64,000 bases of DNA from an uncultured Gemmatimonadales bacterium (GTDB lineage: Bacteria > Gemmatimonadota > Gemmatimonadetes > Gemmatimonadales > GWC2-71-9), in contig CAWIYG010000002.1 in assembly GCA_963840215.1 (NCBI GenBank), positions 533,087-597,086 of the forward strand, read 5' to 3'. Position numbers and translations under genes: made by a program. Below, one piece after another: positions 35,168 through 45,253 of the stretch. How positions within the stretch are numbered: the first letter of the stretch is position 1; each line of letters opens with the position of its first letter. Below the pieces are notes generated by a model. The model was not told the DNA's origin and searched no databases. It was given only the letters and a program-made list of their open reading frames with translations.

Positions 35168-36073
35168 ATGCACATCGTCCTCCTCGGCACCGCCGCCGGT
35201 GGTGGCTTTCCCCAGTGGAACTGCTGGTGTCCCTCGTGCCGGGTGGCGCGCTCGGACCCGCGCCGCGCCGTCCCGCGGAGCCAGTCCTCGGCGGCGGTGA
35301 GCGCCGATGGCGCGCGCTGGTTCCTGCTCAACGCGTCTCCGGACGTCCACGGCCAGCTGGGTCGCCTCGACATCGCGCCGCCCGCCAGCACGCGGCACGT
35401 GCCCGTGGAGGGGATCGTCTTGACCGACGCGGAGCTCGACCACACGCTTGGTATCGTGTTGCTGCGCGAGGCCCGGCGGCTTCAGGTCGTCGCCACCGAT
35501 GCGGTGCGGCAGGTGCTCGAGGAGGATTCCCGGCTCCTCCCGGTCACGCGCGCTTTCGCGGACGTCACCTTCAGCGAGCTCGTGCCGGACCGGCCGCTCG
35601 GACTCTGCTACCGCGACGGAACGGCAAGCGGCCTCCGGGTGACGTGCTTTCCCGTGCCGGCGGGGCCGCCCCGATTCGCCCGCGAGGAGCGGCCGGGGCA
35701 CACGGTGGGCCTCGTCGTCGAGGACGGGCGGACCGGCGGCTCGTGCGCGTTCGTCCCCGGCTGCGGCGACCTCGACGACGCGCTGCTCGCACGGCTGGGC
35801 ACCGCCGATCTGGTGCTCTTCGACGGGACCTTCTGGACCGACGACGAGCTGATCGGCCTCGGCATCGGCGAGCGCACCGCGCGGCAGATGGACCATCTCC
35901 CGGTCTCCGGGGCCGACGGCAGCCTGGTTCGGCTGGGGCGTCTGCGGAACACCCGGGTGTACACCCACGTCAACAACACCAATCCCATGTTGATCGAGGA
36001 TGCGCCCGAGCGGGCGCAGGTCGAGCTGGCCGGTTTCCAGATCGGTGTCGACGGCATGCGATTCACTCTCTGA
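35168..36073 (+). CDS. pqqB: PQQ biosynthesis protein B
   Basis: MHIVLLGTAAGGGFPQWNCWCPSCRVAR...FLLNASPD... Intact 301 aa. Confidence 0.9.
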   Translation: MHIVLLGTAAGGGFPQWNCWCPSCRVARSDPRRAVPRSQSSAAVSADGARWFLLNASPDVHGQLGRLDIAPPASTRHVPVEGIVLTDAELDHTLGIVLLREARRLQVVATDAVRQVLEEDSRLLPVTRAFADVTFSELVPDRPLGLCYRDGTASGLRVTCFPVPAGPPRFAREERPGHTVGLVVEDGRTGGSCAFVPGCGDLDDALLARLGTADLVLFDGTFWTDDELIGLGIGERTARQMDHLPVSGADGSLVRLGRLRNTRVYTHVNNTNPMLIEDAPERAQVELAGFQIGVDGMRFTL

Positions 36074-36081
36074 GCCCGGCC

Positions 36082-36834
36082 ATGACGACCACCTTCGCCG
36101 CCTCGCAGCTGGCCACGCCCCCTCGGCCCCCGATTCCCGGTCTCGAGCGCGCGCTCGCGCCCGCGCAGCTGGAGGAGGCCCTGCGCGCGTTCCACGGGTC
36201 CTACTACGTGCAGCATCCGTTTCACCAGCTCATGTACGAGGGGAAGCTCAGCCAGCGGCAGTTCCAGGGCTGGGTCGCGAATCGGCTGGCGTATCAGCGC
36301 GTCGTGCCGCGGAAGGACGCCGCCATCCTCTCGAACTGTCCGGACCCCGAGGTGCGGCGCGAGTGGATCGGCCGGATCATCGACCACGACGGCACGGCGC
36401 CGGGGACCGGAGGGATCGAGCTCTGGATCCGGCTGGGCATTGTGCTCGGGGTGCCGCGCGAGGAGATGGAGGACGAGCGGCACGTCCTGCCGGCGGTGCG
36501 GCTGATCTGCGAGTCCTACGTCACGTTCTGCAAGAGCAAGCCGTGGCAGGAGGCCTGCGCCTCTTCGCTCACCGAGCTCTTCGCGCCCAAGATTCACCAG
36601 CAACGGATCGAGGCGTTCCCCCGGCACTACCCGTGGATCCCACCCGAGGGCCTCGACTACTTCAAGAGCCGGCTGGTGCAGGCCCCGCGGGACGTGAGCC
36701 ACGGCCTCCGGATCGTGCGCACCTGGGCCACGACGCCCGAGCGGCAGCTGAAGGTGTTCGAGGCGCTGGCGTTCAAGCTGGAGATGCTGTGGGCGATGAT
36801 CGACACCATTCACAACGCGTACCGCGAGGAGTGA
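36082..36834 (+). CDS. pqqC: pyrroloquinoline-quinone synthase
   Basis: From ATG 36082 in ORF 35215..36834: ...YYVQHPFHQLMYEGKLSQRQFQGWVANRLAYQ...IDHDG...ELWIRLG... Confidence 0.9.
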   Translation: MTTTFAASQLATPPRPPIPGLERALAPAQLEEALRAFHGSYYVQHPFHQLMYEGKLSQRQFQGWVANRLAYQRVVPRKDAAILSNCPDPEVRREWIGRIIDHDGTAPGTGGIELWIRLGIVLGVPREEMEDERHVLPAVRLICESYVTFCKSKPWQEACASSLTELFAPKIHQQRIEAFPRHYPWIPPEGLDYFKSRLVQAPRDVSHGLRIVRTWATTPERQLKVFEALAFKLEMLWAMIDTIHNAYREE

Positions 36835-37100
36835 GCGTGGCGATCCCGCTCGACTCGGTGCCGCGGATCTGGCGGCTGGCCCGGCTGGACTACGATCCCG
36901 CCCGGCAGCGGCCCGTGCTGCTGTACCCCGAGGGCGCCGTGTTGCTCAACGACACCGGTCGCGAGATCCTCGAGCTGGTGGACGGCACCCGCACCGTGGC
37001 CGAGATCGCCGCGGTCCTCGGCGAGCGCTACCACACCGACGTCACCGCGGATGTGACCGACTATCTGTCGCACCTGGCGGAGAGAGAGCTGATCCAATGA
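36831..37100 (+). CDS. pqqD: PQQ biosynthesis peptide chaperone PqqD
   Basis: GTG 36831 (GTGA overlap with the pqqC stop) or GTG 36837. ...RLARLDYDPARQRPVLLYPEGAVLLNDTGREILELVDGTRTVAEIAAVLGERY... Confidence 0.85.
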   Translation: MSVAIPLDSVPRIWRLARLDYDPARQRPVLLYPEGAVLLNDTGREILELVDGTRTVAEIAAVLGERYHTDVTADVTDYLSHLAERELIQ

Positions 37101-38176
37101 CCACCGAACGTCCAACCACCCTGCTCGCGGAGCTCACGCACCGCTGTCCGCTCCACTGCCCGTACTGCTCCAATCCGCTCGATCTGCTCCGCGCCGAGCA
37201 GGAGATCGGCACCGAGGACTGGAAGCGGGTTTTCACCCAGGCGCGCGAGCTGGGCGTGCTGCAGCTCGGCCTGTCCGGCGGCGAGCCGCTCATCCGGAAG
37301 GACCTGGAGGAGCTCGCCACGCACGCCCGCCGGCTCGGCCTCTACACCACCCTCGTCACCTCCGGCCTCGGCCTCACCCGCAAGCGGGCCGAAGCGCTGC
37401 GGACGGCCGGACTCGAGCATATTCAGGTGTCCGTGCAGGACGCCGACGCCGAGACGGCGGAGCGGATCGCGGGCGTGAGCTCGGTCAAGCAGAAGCAGGC
37501 GGCCATCGCGCTCGTGAAGGAGCTGGGCTTCGCCTTCTCGATCAACGTGGTGCTCCACCGCGCCAATCTCGACCGGATCGGCCAGATCATCGACCTGGCC
37601 GCAGGCTGGGGCGCCGACCGCCTGGAGCTCGCCAACACCCAGTACTACGGCTGGGGGCTCAAGAACCGCGCGACGCTCATGCCCCGGCGGGAGCAGGTGC
37701 TGGCGGCCAAGGAGATCGCTCAGGACCGAATTCAGCGGTACAAGGGGCAGATGCAGATCACCTTCGTGCTGCCCGACTACTTCGAGGAACTGCCCAAGGC
37801 CTGCTACGGCGGATGGGGACGCTATTACATCGTGGTGTCGCCCGACGGGAAGGCGCTGCCGTGTCACGGCGCCTACGCCATTCCCTCGCTCGAGCTGCCG
37901 AGCGTGCAGGACCACTCGATCCACTGGATCTGGCACGAGTCGTCCGCCTTCCAGGCCTATCGTGGCGACGCGTGGATGAAAGAGCCGTGCCGCAGCTGCC
38001 CCCGCAAAGCGGTGGACTTCGGCGGCTGCCGCTGCCAGGCGCTCGCGCTCACTGGCGACGCGGCCAACGCCGACCCGGTCTGCACCCTGAGTCCCCACCG
38101 CCACGTGATCGACGAGGCGCTGCACGAGCACGCCGGCGCCTACGCCTACCGCGACTTCGCCGTCGAGCCGCGTTGA
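37097..38176 (+). CDS. pqqE: PqqA peptide cyclase (radical SAM/SPASM)
   Basis: LLAELTHRCPLHCPYCSNP (CxxxCxxC), a C-terminal Cys-rich SPASM region, and an ATGA overlap with pqqD. Confidence 0.9.
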   Translation: MTTERPTTLLAELTHRCPLHCPYCSNPLDLLRAEQEIGTEDWKRVFTQARELGVLQLGLSGGEPLIRKDLEELATHARRLGLYTTLVTSGLGLTRKRAEALRTAGLEHIQVSVQDADAETAERIAGVSSVKQKQAAIALVKELGFAFSINVVLHRANLDRIGQIIDLAAGWGADRLELANTQYYGWGLKNRATLMPRREQVLAAKEIAQDRIQRYKGQMQITFVLPDYFEELPKACYGGWGRYYIVVSPDGKALPCHGAYAIPSLELPSVQDHSIHWIWHESSAFQAYRGDAWMKEPCRSCPRKAVDFGGCRCQALALTGDAANADPVCTLSPHRHVIDEALHEHAGAYAYRDFAVEPR

Positions 38177-39096
38177 ACGCGTCGCCGGCGATCGTCACCT
38201 CGGGGCTCGGGCGCGACTACGACGGCGTCCGGGCCCTCGACGCGTTGACCCTGGAGGTCCCGGTCGGCGCGCTTGTCGGGCTGCTGGGCCCCAACGGCGC
38301 GGGCAAGACGACGGCCATGTTGCTGCTCGCCACCCTGCTCGGGCCGAGCCGGGGCAGCGCCACGATCTTCGGTTACGACGTCGTGCGCGATCGCCGCGCC
38401 GTCCGGCGGCGCATCGGCCTGGTCTTCCAGGAGACCAGCGTGGACGGCCTCCTGACGGTCGAGGAGAACCTTCGCTTCGCCGCCCGCCTCGCCGGGCTCG
38501 GCGGGCGGGAGCTGCGGTCCGCGGTGGCGGCGGGCATCGAGCGGGCCGGCCTCGGGCCCCGCGCGGCGCAGCCGGCGCGCCAGCTCTCGGCCGGATGGCG
38601 CCGACTCGTGGACATCGCCCGCGCGACCTTGCACCGGCCCGAGCTGCTCATTCTGGACGAGCCCACCGTCGGACTCGACCCCGAGCACCGCGAGCTGGTC
38701 TGGACCATCCTCGGCGCCGAGCGCCGCGAGCGCGGCACCACGATCCTGTTTTCCACCCACTACCTGGCCGAGGCGGAGCCGGCCGACCGGGTGGTGCTGC
38801 TGGCGGGCGGGCGCGCGGTGGCCGATGGAACGCCGGCCGCACTCCGCGCGTCGGTCGGCGCCGAGGTCGCCGAGATCGAGGGCCCCGGCGCCGAGCGGCT
38901 GGCGCGGGCGATCCGCGGCCTGGGCGCCACGGAGACGGTGCTCCAGACCGACCGCGGATTCCGGGTCGGCCTCCGGGGCGAGCGGGAGTCGGTCATCGAG
39001 CTGGCGACGAGCGCGCCTGGCATCGATCGGCTCGCCATCAGGGCGGCGACCCTCGAGGACGCGTACTTCGCCCACACGCGGGAGGGCGCGGCGTGA
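38173..39096 (+). CDS. ABC transporter ATP-binding protein (ABC-2/DrrA-like)
   Basis: TTG 38173 overlaps the pqqE TGA (TTGA). Walker A GPNGAGKTT, signature LSAGWRRLVDIARA, Walker B LILDEP. Confidence 0.8.
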   Translation: MNASPAIVTSGLGRDYDGVRALDALTLEVPVGALVGLLGPNGAGKTTAMLLLATLLGPSRGSATIFGYDVVRDRRAVRRRIGLVFQETSVDGLLTVEENLRFAARLAGLGGRELRSAVAAGIERAGLGPRAAQPARQLSAGWRRLVDIARATLHRPELLILDEPTVGLDPEHRELVWTILGAERRERGTTILFSTHYLAEAEPADRVVLLAGGRAVADGTPAALRASVGAEVAEIEGPGAERLARAIRGLGATETVLQTDRGFRVGLRGERESVIELATSAPGIDRLAIRAATLEDAYFAHTREGAA

Positions 39097-39878
39097 GTGC
39101 GTGGAGCGCGATCGTCGGGATCGTGGCGCGCGACCTGGTCCGCACCACGCGGCAGACGAGCCGCCTGCTGGGTGGTATCGCCCGGCCGTTCATGTGGCTG
39201 CTGCTCGTGGGGACGGGCTACAACGCCATTGCCCGGCTGGAGGGTGGCCTGCCGTACCAGGCGTTCGTCCTGCCTGGCATCGTCGTCATGGCGGCCCTGT
39301 TCGGGGCCATGCTCACCGCCATCGGGACGGTCTACGACCGGGAGTTCGGCATGCTGCGGTTGATGCTCGCGAGCCCGGCCGGGGTCCCGGCCGTCCTGGC
39401 GGGTCGAGCGATCGCGGCCACGGCCGTGGGAGTGCTGCAGGGCGGCATCGTGCTGGCCTGCGCACCGCTCGTGGTACCGCTCTCCGCGGCCTCATTCGCC
39501 GCCGCCGGTGCCGTGCTCGTGCTCGGCTCGGCGGTGAGCGCCCTGCTCGGTCTGCTCGTGGCCGCCCGACTGCGCTCGGTGGAAAACTTCGCGGGCGTGA
39601 TCAACGTGGTGCTGTTTCCCCTGCTCTTCGTGAGCGGGGCGCTCTATCCGACGGAGGGAATGCCGGCAGCGCTCCGGATGCTGGCGCGGGTGAACCCGGT
39701 CACCTACCAGGTCGACCTAATGCGGCATGCGTTCGGCCAGCCGACGGAGTTTTCGGTGGGGACGGGCCTCATGGTGCTGGCCGCGGCCGCCGTGGTGGCG
39801 TTCGGCGTCACGGCGGCCGCGTTCGATCCGGAGCAGCGCTTCATTCGCACGCGAGCGCCGAGACCGTCGTCCTCATGA
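39093..39878 (+). CDS. ABC-2 type transporter permease
   Basis: GTG 39093 overlaps the ATPase TGA (GTGA). Six hydrophobic segments and ...TVYDREFGMLRLMLASP...VNPVTYQVDLMR... Confidence 0.8.
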   Translation: MSAWSAIVGIVARDLVRTTRQTSRLLGGIARPFMWLLLVGTGYNAIARLEGGLPYQAFVLPGIVVMAALFGAMLTAIGTVYDREFGMLRLMLASPAGVPAVLAGRAIAATAVGVLQGGIVLACAPLVVPLSAASFAAAGAVLVLGSAVSALLGLLVAARLRSVENFAGVINVVLFPLLFVSGALYPTEGMPAALRMLARVNPVTYQVDLMRHAFGQPTEFSVGTGLMVLAAAAVVAFGVTAAAFDPEQRFIRTRAPRPSSS

Positions 39879-40664
39879 GGGCGGGTGCCACGCGCTCCAC
39901 CACGACGTCCTGCTCCAGCCGCGACCGCAGCGGGGCCCGCACCGGTCCACCCACCGGCACCGACGTCTCGACCACGATGTGCCGCGTCCGTCGGAGAAAC
40001 CCCTCCACCTCGTCCCAGTCCACCTGACCTTCCTCCACCGTCACCTGCCGCGCCGCGATCGCCGACGTATCGCCGCGGACGGTCGCGCGGTCGGTCTCGG
40101 CGCGCGAGCGCAGGGCGAGCCGCCGCACCGTTCGCGCACCCGCCGCGCTGTCGGGGAGCCGCCGCAGCTCCAGCCCCGCCGTGTCGCTCCACCGTTCGCC
40201 GACCGCGAGCGCCGACGGCGGGAGCGGCGGCAGGAGTTCCTCCATTGCCGCGCCGAGGTCGGAGACCTCGCCCACTTCATCCGGCACGAACGGGCGTGCC
40301 GCGACCACATAGCGTCCCGACGGGGCGAGCGTTCCCCGGTAGCGGCCGCCGAGCAGGCCCTCGGTGTCCGGCGCGAGCGTCCCTTCCGGGCTCTGCCGCG
40401 AGAGCGCGAGCGAGTCGTACCACGCCTCGATGGCGATCCCCGCGGGCGCGGGCCGGCCACGCACCTGCCAGAGGCCGTCGCGCGACAGCGTCTCCCGCCG
40501 GCGCCGGAGGCCGGTCTCGGCCTCGAGCACCGCGCGCGAGCGCTCCTGGAGCGAGACGCAGCGCCATTGGTCGGAGGTGTAGCGGAAGTCGGCGGGGGCC
40601 TGCGCGGCGGCCGCGCCCGCCCACCCGAGGAGGGCGCACGCGGCGAGGGTCGCCCGGAAGATGA

Positions 40665-40672
<8 letters not shown>
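39841..40672 (-). CDS. secreted protein of unknown function; start codon not identifiable
   Basis: The sensible part of ORF 39841..41031 begins ...VVIFRATLAACALLGWAGAAAAQAPADFRYTSDQW (signal peptide) right after the pruA stop. There is no ATG, GTG or TTG in frame nearby. Confidence 0.5.
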
Positions 40673-42293
<1,621 letters not shown>

Positions 42294-42384
42294 CGGGGCG
42301 TCCAGGCTCGGGTGAGCCGGAAAATAACCGGATTGCGGCGGAGTCCGGGGCCTTCGGGTCCGGCACCCGGTCGTCAGGCCGGCT

Positions 42385-43149
42385 TCAGAACTGCCCCGAC
42401 CACCCCAGCCCGGCGCCCGTCGGGCCGGCGACGATCGAGGGCGCCTTCACGCCGAAGATCCGCCACCGGCCGGACGCGAGCTTGGCCGACGTGATCCCGA
42501 CCAGCGCGCCGGCCGCGACGTCGGTCAGCCAGTGGCGATTGTCGTTGACACGGGACCAGGCGACGGCGCTCGCCATGCCGTAGAGCCCGACGGTGGCCCA
42601 CGGCCGATGGATGTCGTCGGCCAGCGAGGTGGCGAACGCAAAGGCCATGGCCGAGTGCCCCGACGGCATCGCCACCTGGCCGGAGAACGGCACGTAGCCG
42701 TCTGCGTCGAGACTCTGCTCCGGCCGCGGGCGGCCCAGCGCGAGCTTTCCGACGTTGGCCGTGAGCCCGGCGAGAGCGAGCGAGGCGGCCAAGTGTCCCC
42801 CGGCTCGCGTGAGCTTCGGCTGCCCCGTGGCCAAGCCGGCGGCCAGCAGTCCCACCGTCACGGTGCCGTAGACCTCGGGCTGGCCGAAGTGACGGACGAT
42901 GCCGGCCACGTTGGCGGCGCCGTGGCCGTCGTTGTTCTGTGCGAACCGCTGCGCGGGTTGGTCGAGCAGCATCAGCACCGAGAGGCCGCCGACCGCCACC
43001 GCTCCGTGCCACCAGCGGATGGTGTGCGCCGGCGCCGGGGCATCCGCCGCGCGAACCTCGGGCAACGAATCAAGGGTCTGCGCGCCGAGCGCGATCGGCG
43101 CCCCGAGCGAGAACCCTCCCAGCCAGACGCAAAATGCAGTACGAAGCAT
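42385..43149 (-). CDS. PAP2 superfamily phosphatase (membrane-bound)
   Basis: Motifs KLALGRPRP, PSGHS and SRVNDNRHWLTDV. Confidence 0.85.
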   Translation of the reverse strand: MLRTAFCVWLGGFSLGAPIALGAQTLDSLPEVRAADAPAPAHTIRWWHGAVAVGGLSVLMLLDQPAQRFAQNNDGHGAANVAGIVRHFGQPEVYGTVTVGLLAAGLATGQPKLTRAGGHLAASLALAGLTANVGKLALGRPRPEQSLDADGYVPFSGQVAMPSGHSAMAFAFATSLADDIHRPWATVGLYGMASAVAWSRVNDNRHWLTDVAAGALVGITSAKLASGRWRIFGVKAPSIVAGPTGAGLGWSGQF

Positions 43150-43248
43150 GCCCGAACCTCCGCGTCGCCCCCGGACGTGGCACGTCGCCCCGGGGATTAG
43201 TTACCTTCGGTCGTGCTTCGTTCGGGAATCTCAGATCAGGGGAAGCAG

Positions 43249-43647
43249 ATGCATCGACGCTTCGGGTCCTGCCTCGTGCTGCTGACGCTCGTCTCGTGCC
43301 GCAGCTACCAGTACGAGTCCCACATGACCGACCAGGACGGCCTCGTGCCGCCGGATCAGTTCGCCCGGTACGGCAAGGAGCAGGCCGAGGCGGTGGCGAT
43401 TGCCCGCGAGTACGGCAAGGCCGCCCAGGGAGACACGCCGGAGGCGCTGGCCAAGCAGGCCGACGCCGCGATGGCGTACGCCAAGACCCTGCCCGACGTC
43501 GCGACCATCGGGGCCGATCCCCAGGGACGCCGGCTGACGATCAGTTTCAAGAGCGGGTGGCGCATCGGAGTACCGCCGATCGAGGACGGAAAGCGCGGCT
43601 CGGAAACGGCCGGCCTCTCGACCCCGGGAGCTCCCGCCGCCAAGTAG
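43249..43647 (+). CDS. lipoprotein of unknown function
   Basis: MHRRFGSCLVLLTLVSCRSYQ (lipobox LVSC), from ATG 43249 within ORF 43213..43647. Confidence 0.6.
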   Translation: MHRRFGSCLVLLTLVSCRSYQYESHMTDQDGLVPPDQFARYGKEQAEAVAIAREYGKAAQGDTPEALAKQADAAMAYAKTLPDVATIGADPQGRRLTISFKSGWRIGVPPIEDGKRGSETAGLSTPGAPAAK

Positions 43648-43690
43648 CGGCCGGCGGAGGCGCTCGCCTCAATATACCGGAGCGGCCGCC

Positions 43691-44047
43691 ATGACAACTG
43701 CGCCGGGGTGTTGCCAGGTCACCACGACCCTGCCCGACGCCGACGTCGCCCGCCGGGTCGGGGCCACGCTCGTCGGGGAGCGGTGGGCGGCCTGCGCGCA
43801 GGTCACTGGTCCGGTGGAGAGCACGTACTGGTGGCTGGGGAAGGTCGAAGCGGCCACGGAGTGGTACTGCCATCTGAAGACGACGCTGGCCCGAGTGCCC
43901 GGTCTCGCGGCCCGGCTCCGCGAGCTGCATCCCTACGAGACGCCGGAAATCGTCGCCGTGCCCATCGTCGACGGCGACGGGGAGTACCTCCGGTGGATCG
44001 CGGCCTCGGTTGCGATGCCGGACCGCGGGAGTGAGCCGGCCGGCTGA
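43691..44047 (+). CDS. cutA: divalent-cation tolerance protein CutA
   Basis: ...LVGERWAACAQVTGPVESTYWWLGKVEAATEWYCHLKT...LHPYETPEIVAVPI... Confidence 0.85.
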   Translation: MTTAPGCCQVTTTLPDADVARRVGATLVGERWAACAQVTGPVESTYWWLGKVEAATEWYCHLKTTLARVPGLAARLRELHPYETPEIVAVPIVDGDGEYLRWIAASVAMPDRGSEPAG

Positions 44048-44055
44048 AGCGCTGG

Positions 44056-44622
44056 CTACCGAACCACGACCGGCACAGGGTGCGCCACCTCACCGGACCC
44101 CATCCGCAGCGCCGCATCCACCGAATCACGGTCCCACATCACCAGCGTGACCCGGAGGCGTGAGCCGCCGAAGGTCTCGAGATCCTGCGGCGACAACCGC
44201 CGCTCCTTCACGGGCAGGTTCTGGAGATCGGCCCGGAACGGGTGCGTGTGCCAGGTGCCGACCAGCCTGGGGACGGAGTCGCAGTTCCCTGCCACCGCCA
44301 GCTGGAGCTGCTTCATGTCGCGGGCCGGGACCCAGCCGTCTATGCGCACGGCCTCGCCCCGCGCCACGCCCTGCAGACACCCGAGGTACTCACGTTGGGT
44401 CGGCCGAATGGTGCCGAGCATCCGCTCCATCGTGTTGAGATCGGCCAGCTCGTTCCAGTGCTCGTTGCTCCGGGCGAAGGCGGCATTCATCGAATCCCGC
44501 GCCGCAGCGGAGAGCACCACGACGGGACGGCGCTCCTCGCCGGTGCCCACCCCGCAGCCCAGGGCCGACACGAGCCCCACCGCCATGGCGGCGATCAGCA
44601 GCGAGCGGGCGGACCTGCCCAT
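44056..44622 (-). CDS. probable lipoprotein with a JAMM/MPN-like H-x-H ... S-x2-D signature (non-canonical spacing)
   Basis: From ATG 44622 in ORF 44056..44742: MGRSARSLLIAAMAVGLVSALGCGVG...; GTWHTHPFRADLQNLPVKERRLSPQDL. The domain call is weak. Confidence 0.5.
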   Translation of the reverse strand: MGRSARSLLIAAMAVGLVSALGCGVGTGEERRPVVVLSAAARDSMNAAFARSNEHWNELADLNTMERMLGTIRPTQREYLGCLQGVARGEAVRIDGWVPARDMKQLQLAVAGNCDSVPRLVGTWHTHPFRADLQNLPVKERRLSPQDLETFGGSRLRVTLVMWDRDSVDAALRMGSGEVAHPVPVVVR

Positions 44623-44656
44623 GCGAGCACACTCCGGAGCAGCGGGTGCGGCAATT

Positions 44657-44896
44657 CTAACGGGACTGGCCCAGAGCGGCGAGGCGGGCGCGGATGGCGG
44701 CGGAGAGGCCCTCGGGGGCCGGGCATGGCGAGGTGAGCGCACGGACGATCACGAGCAGGAACGCGCGGTCGCAGCGGCAGCGAGGAGGGCAGGTGGGGCA
44801 TTCACCGAGGTGACTGTGAACCGCCGCGGCCTCTTCCGCGCCAAGCTCGCCGTCCAGATATTCCCAGACTCGGTCAATGACCTCTCGACATTCCAT
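44657..44896 (-). CDS. ZAS-type (zf-HC2) anti-sigma factor, no adjacent sigma gene
   Basis: MECREVIDRVWEYLDGELGAEEAAAVHSHLGECPTCPPRCRCDRAF with H-x3-C-x2-C. Same architecture as 8129..8378. Confidence 0.65.
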   Translation of the reverse strand: MECREVIDRVWEYLDGELGAEEAAAVHSHLGECPTCPPRCRCDRAFLLVIVRALTSPCPAPEGLSAAIRARLAALGQSR

Positions 44897-44980
44897 TCGC
44901 GTCCCTCCCCAGGACAGCGGCCGTCCGGCCGGGGGTACGTCCTGGTGAACAGCGCACCGCCGCTGGAGGTTCCTCCTCGC

Positions 44981-45253
44981 ATGAGCCCTCGCGCCCGAAA
45001 CGCCACCCTCCTCGTGCTCCTGGGCTTCGTCGCCTTCCTGCTGTGGTCCACCCTTTCGAGCCAGCGGGTCGAGTGCGCCGTGGCGGTCGAATTCGGGGGC
45101 CAGCCCGGCTCCGCCACCGCATCGGGTGCGTCCGAGGAGGACGCCTCCCGCGAAGCCCAGACCGCCGCCTGCGGTCCGATCACGGGATCGATGAACGACC
45201 GGATCGCCTGCTCCCGGGTCCAGCCGGTGAGCCGCACGTGCCGAACCCTGTGA
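44981..45253 (+). CDS. small membrane-anchored protein (90 aa), unknown function
   Basis: ATG 44981 with GGAGG upstream. MSPRARNATLLVLLGFVAFLLWSTLSS... plus four Cys. Its stop overlaps the next GTG (GTGA). Confidence 0.45.
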   Translation: MSPRARNATLLVLLGFVAFLLWSTLSSQRVECAVAVEFGGQPGSATASGASEEDASREAQTAACGPITGSMNDRIACSRVQPVSRTCRTL

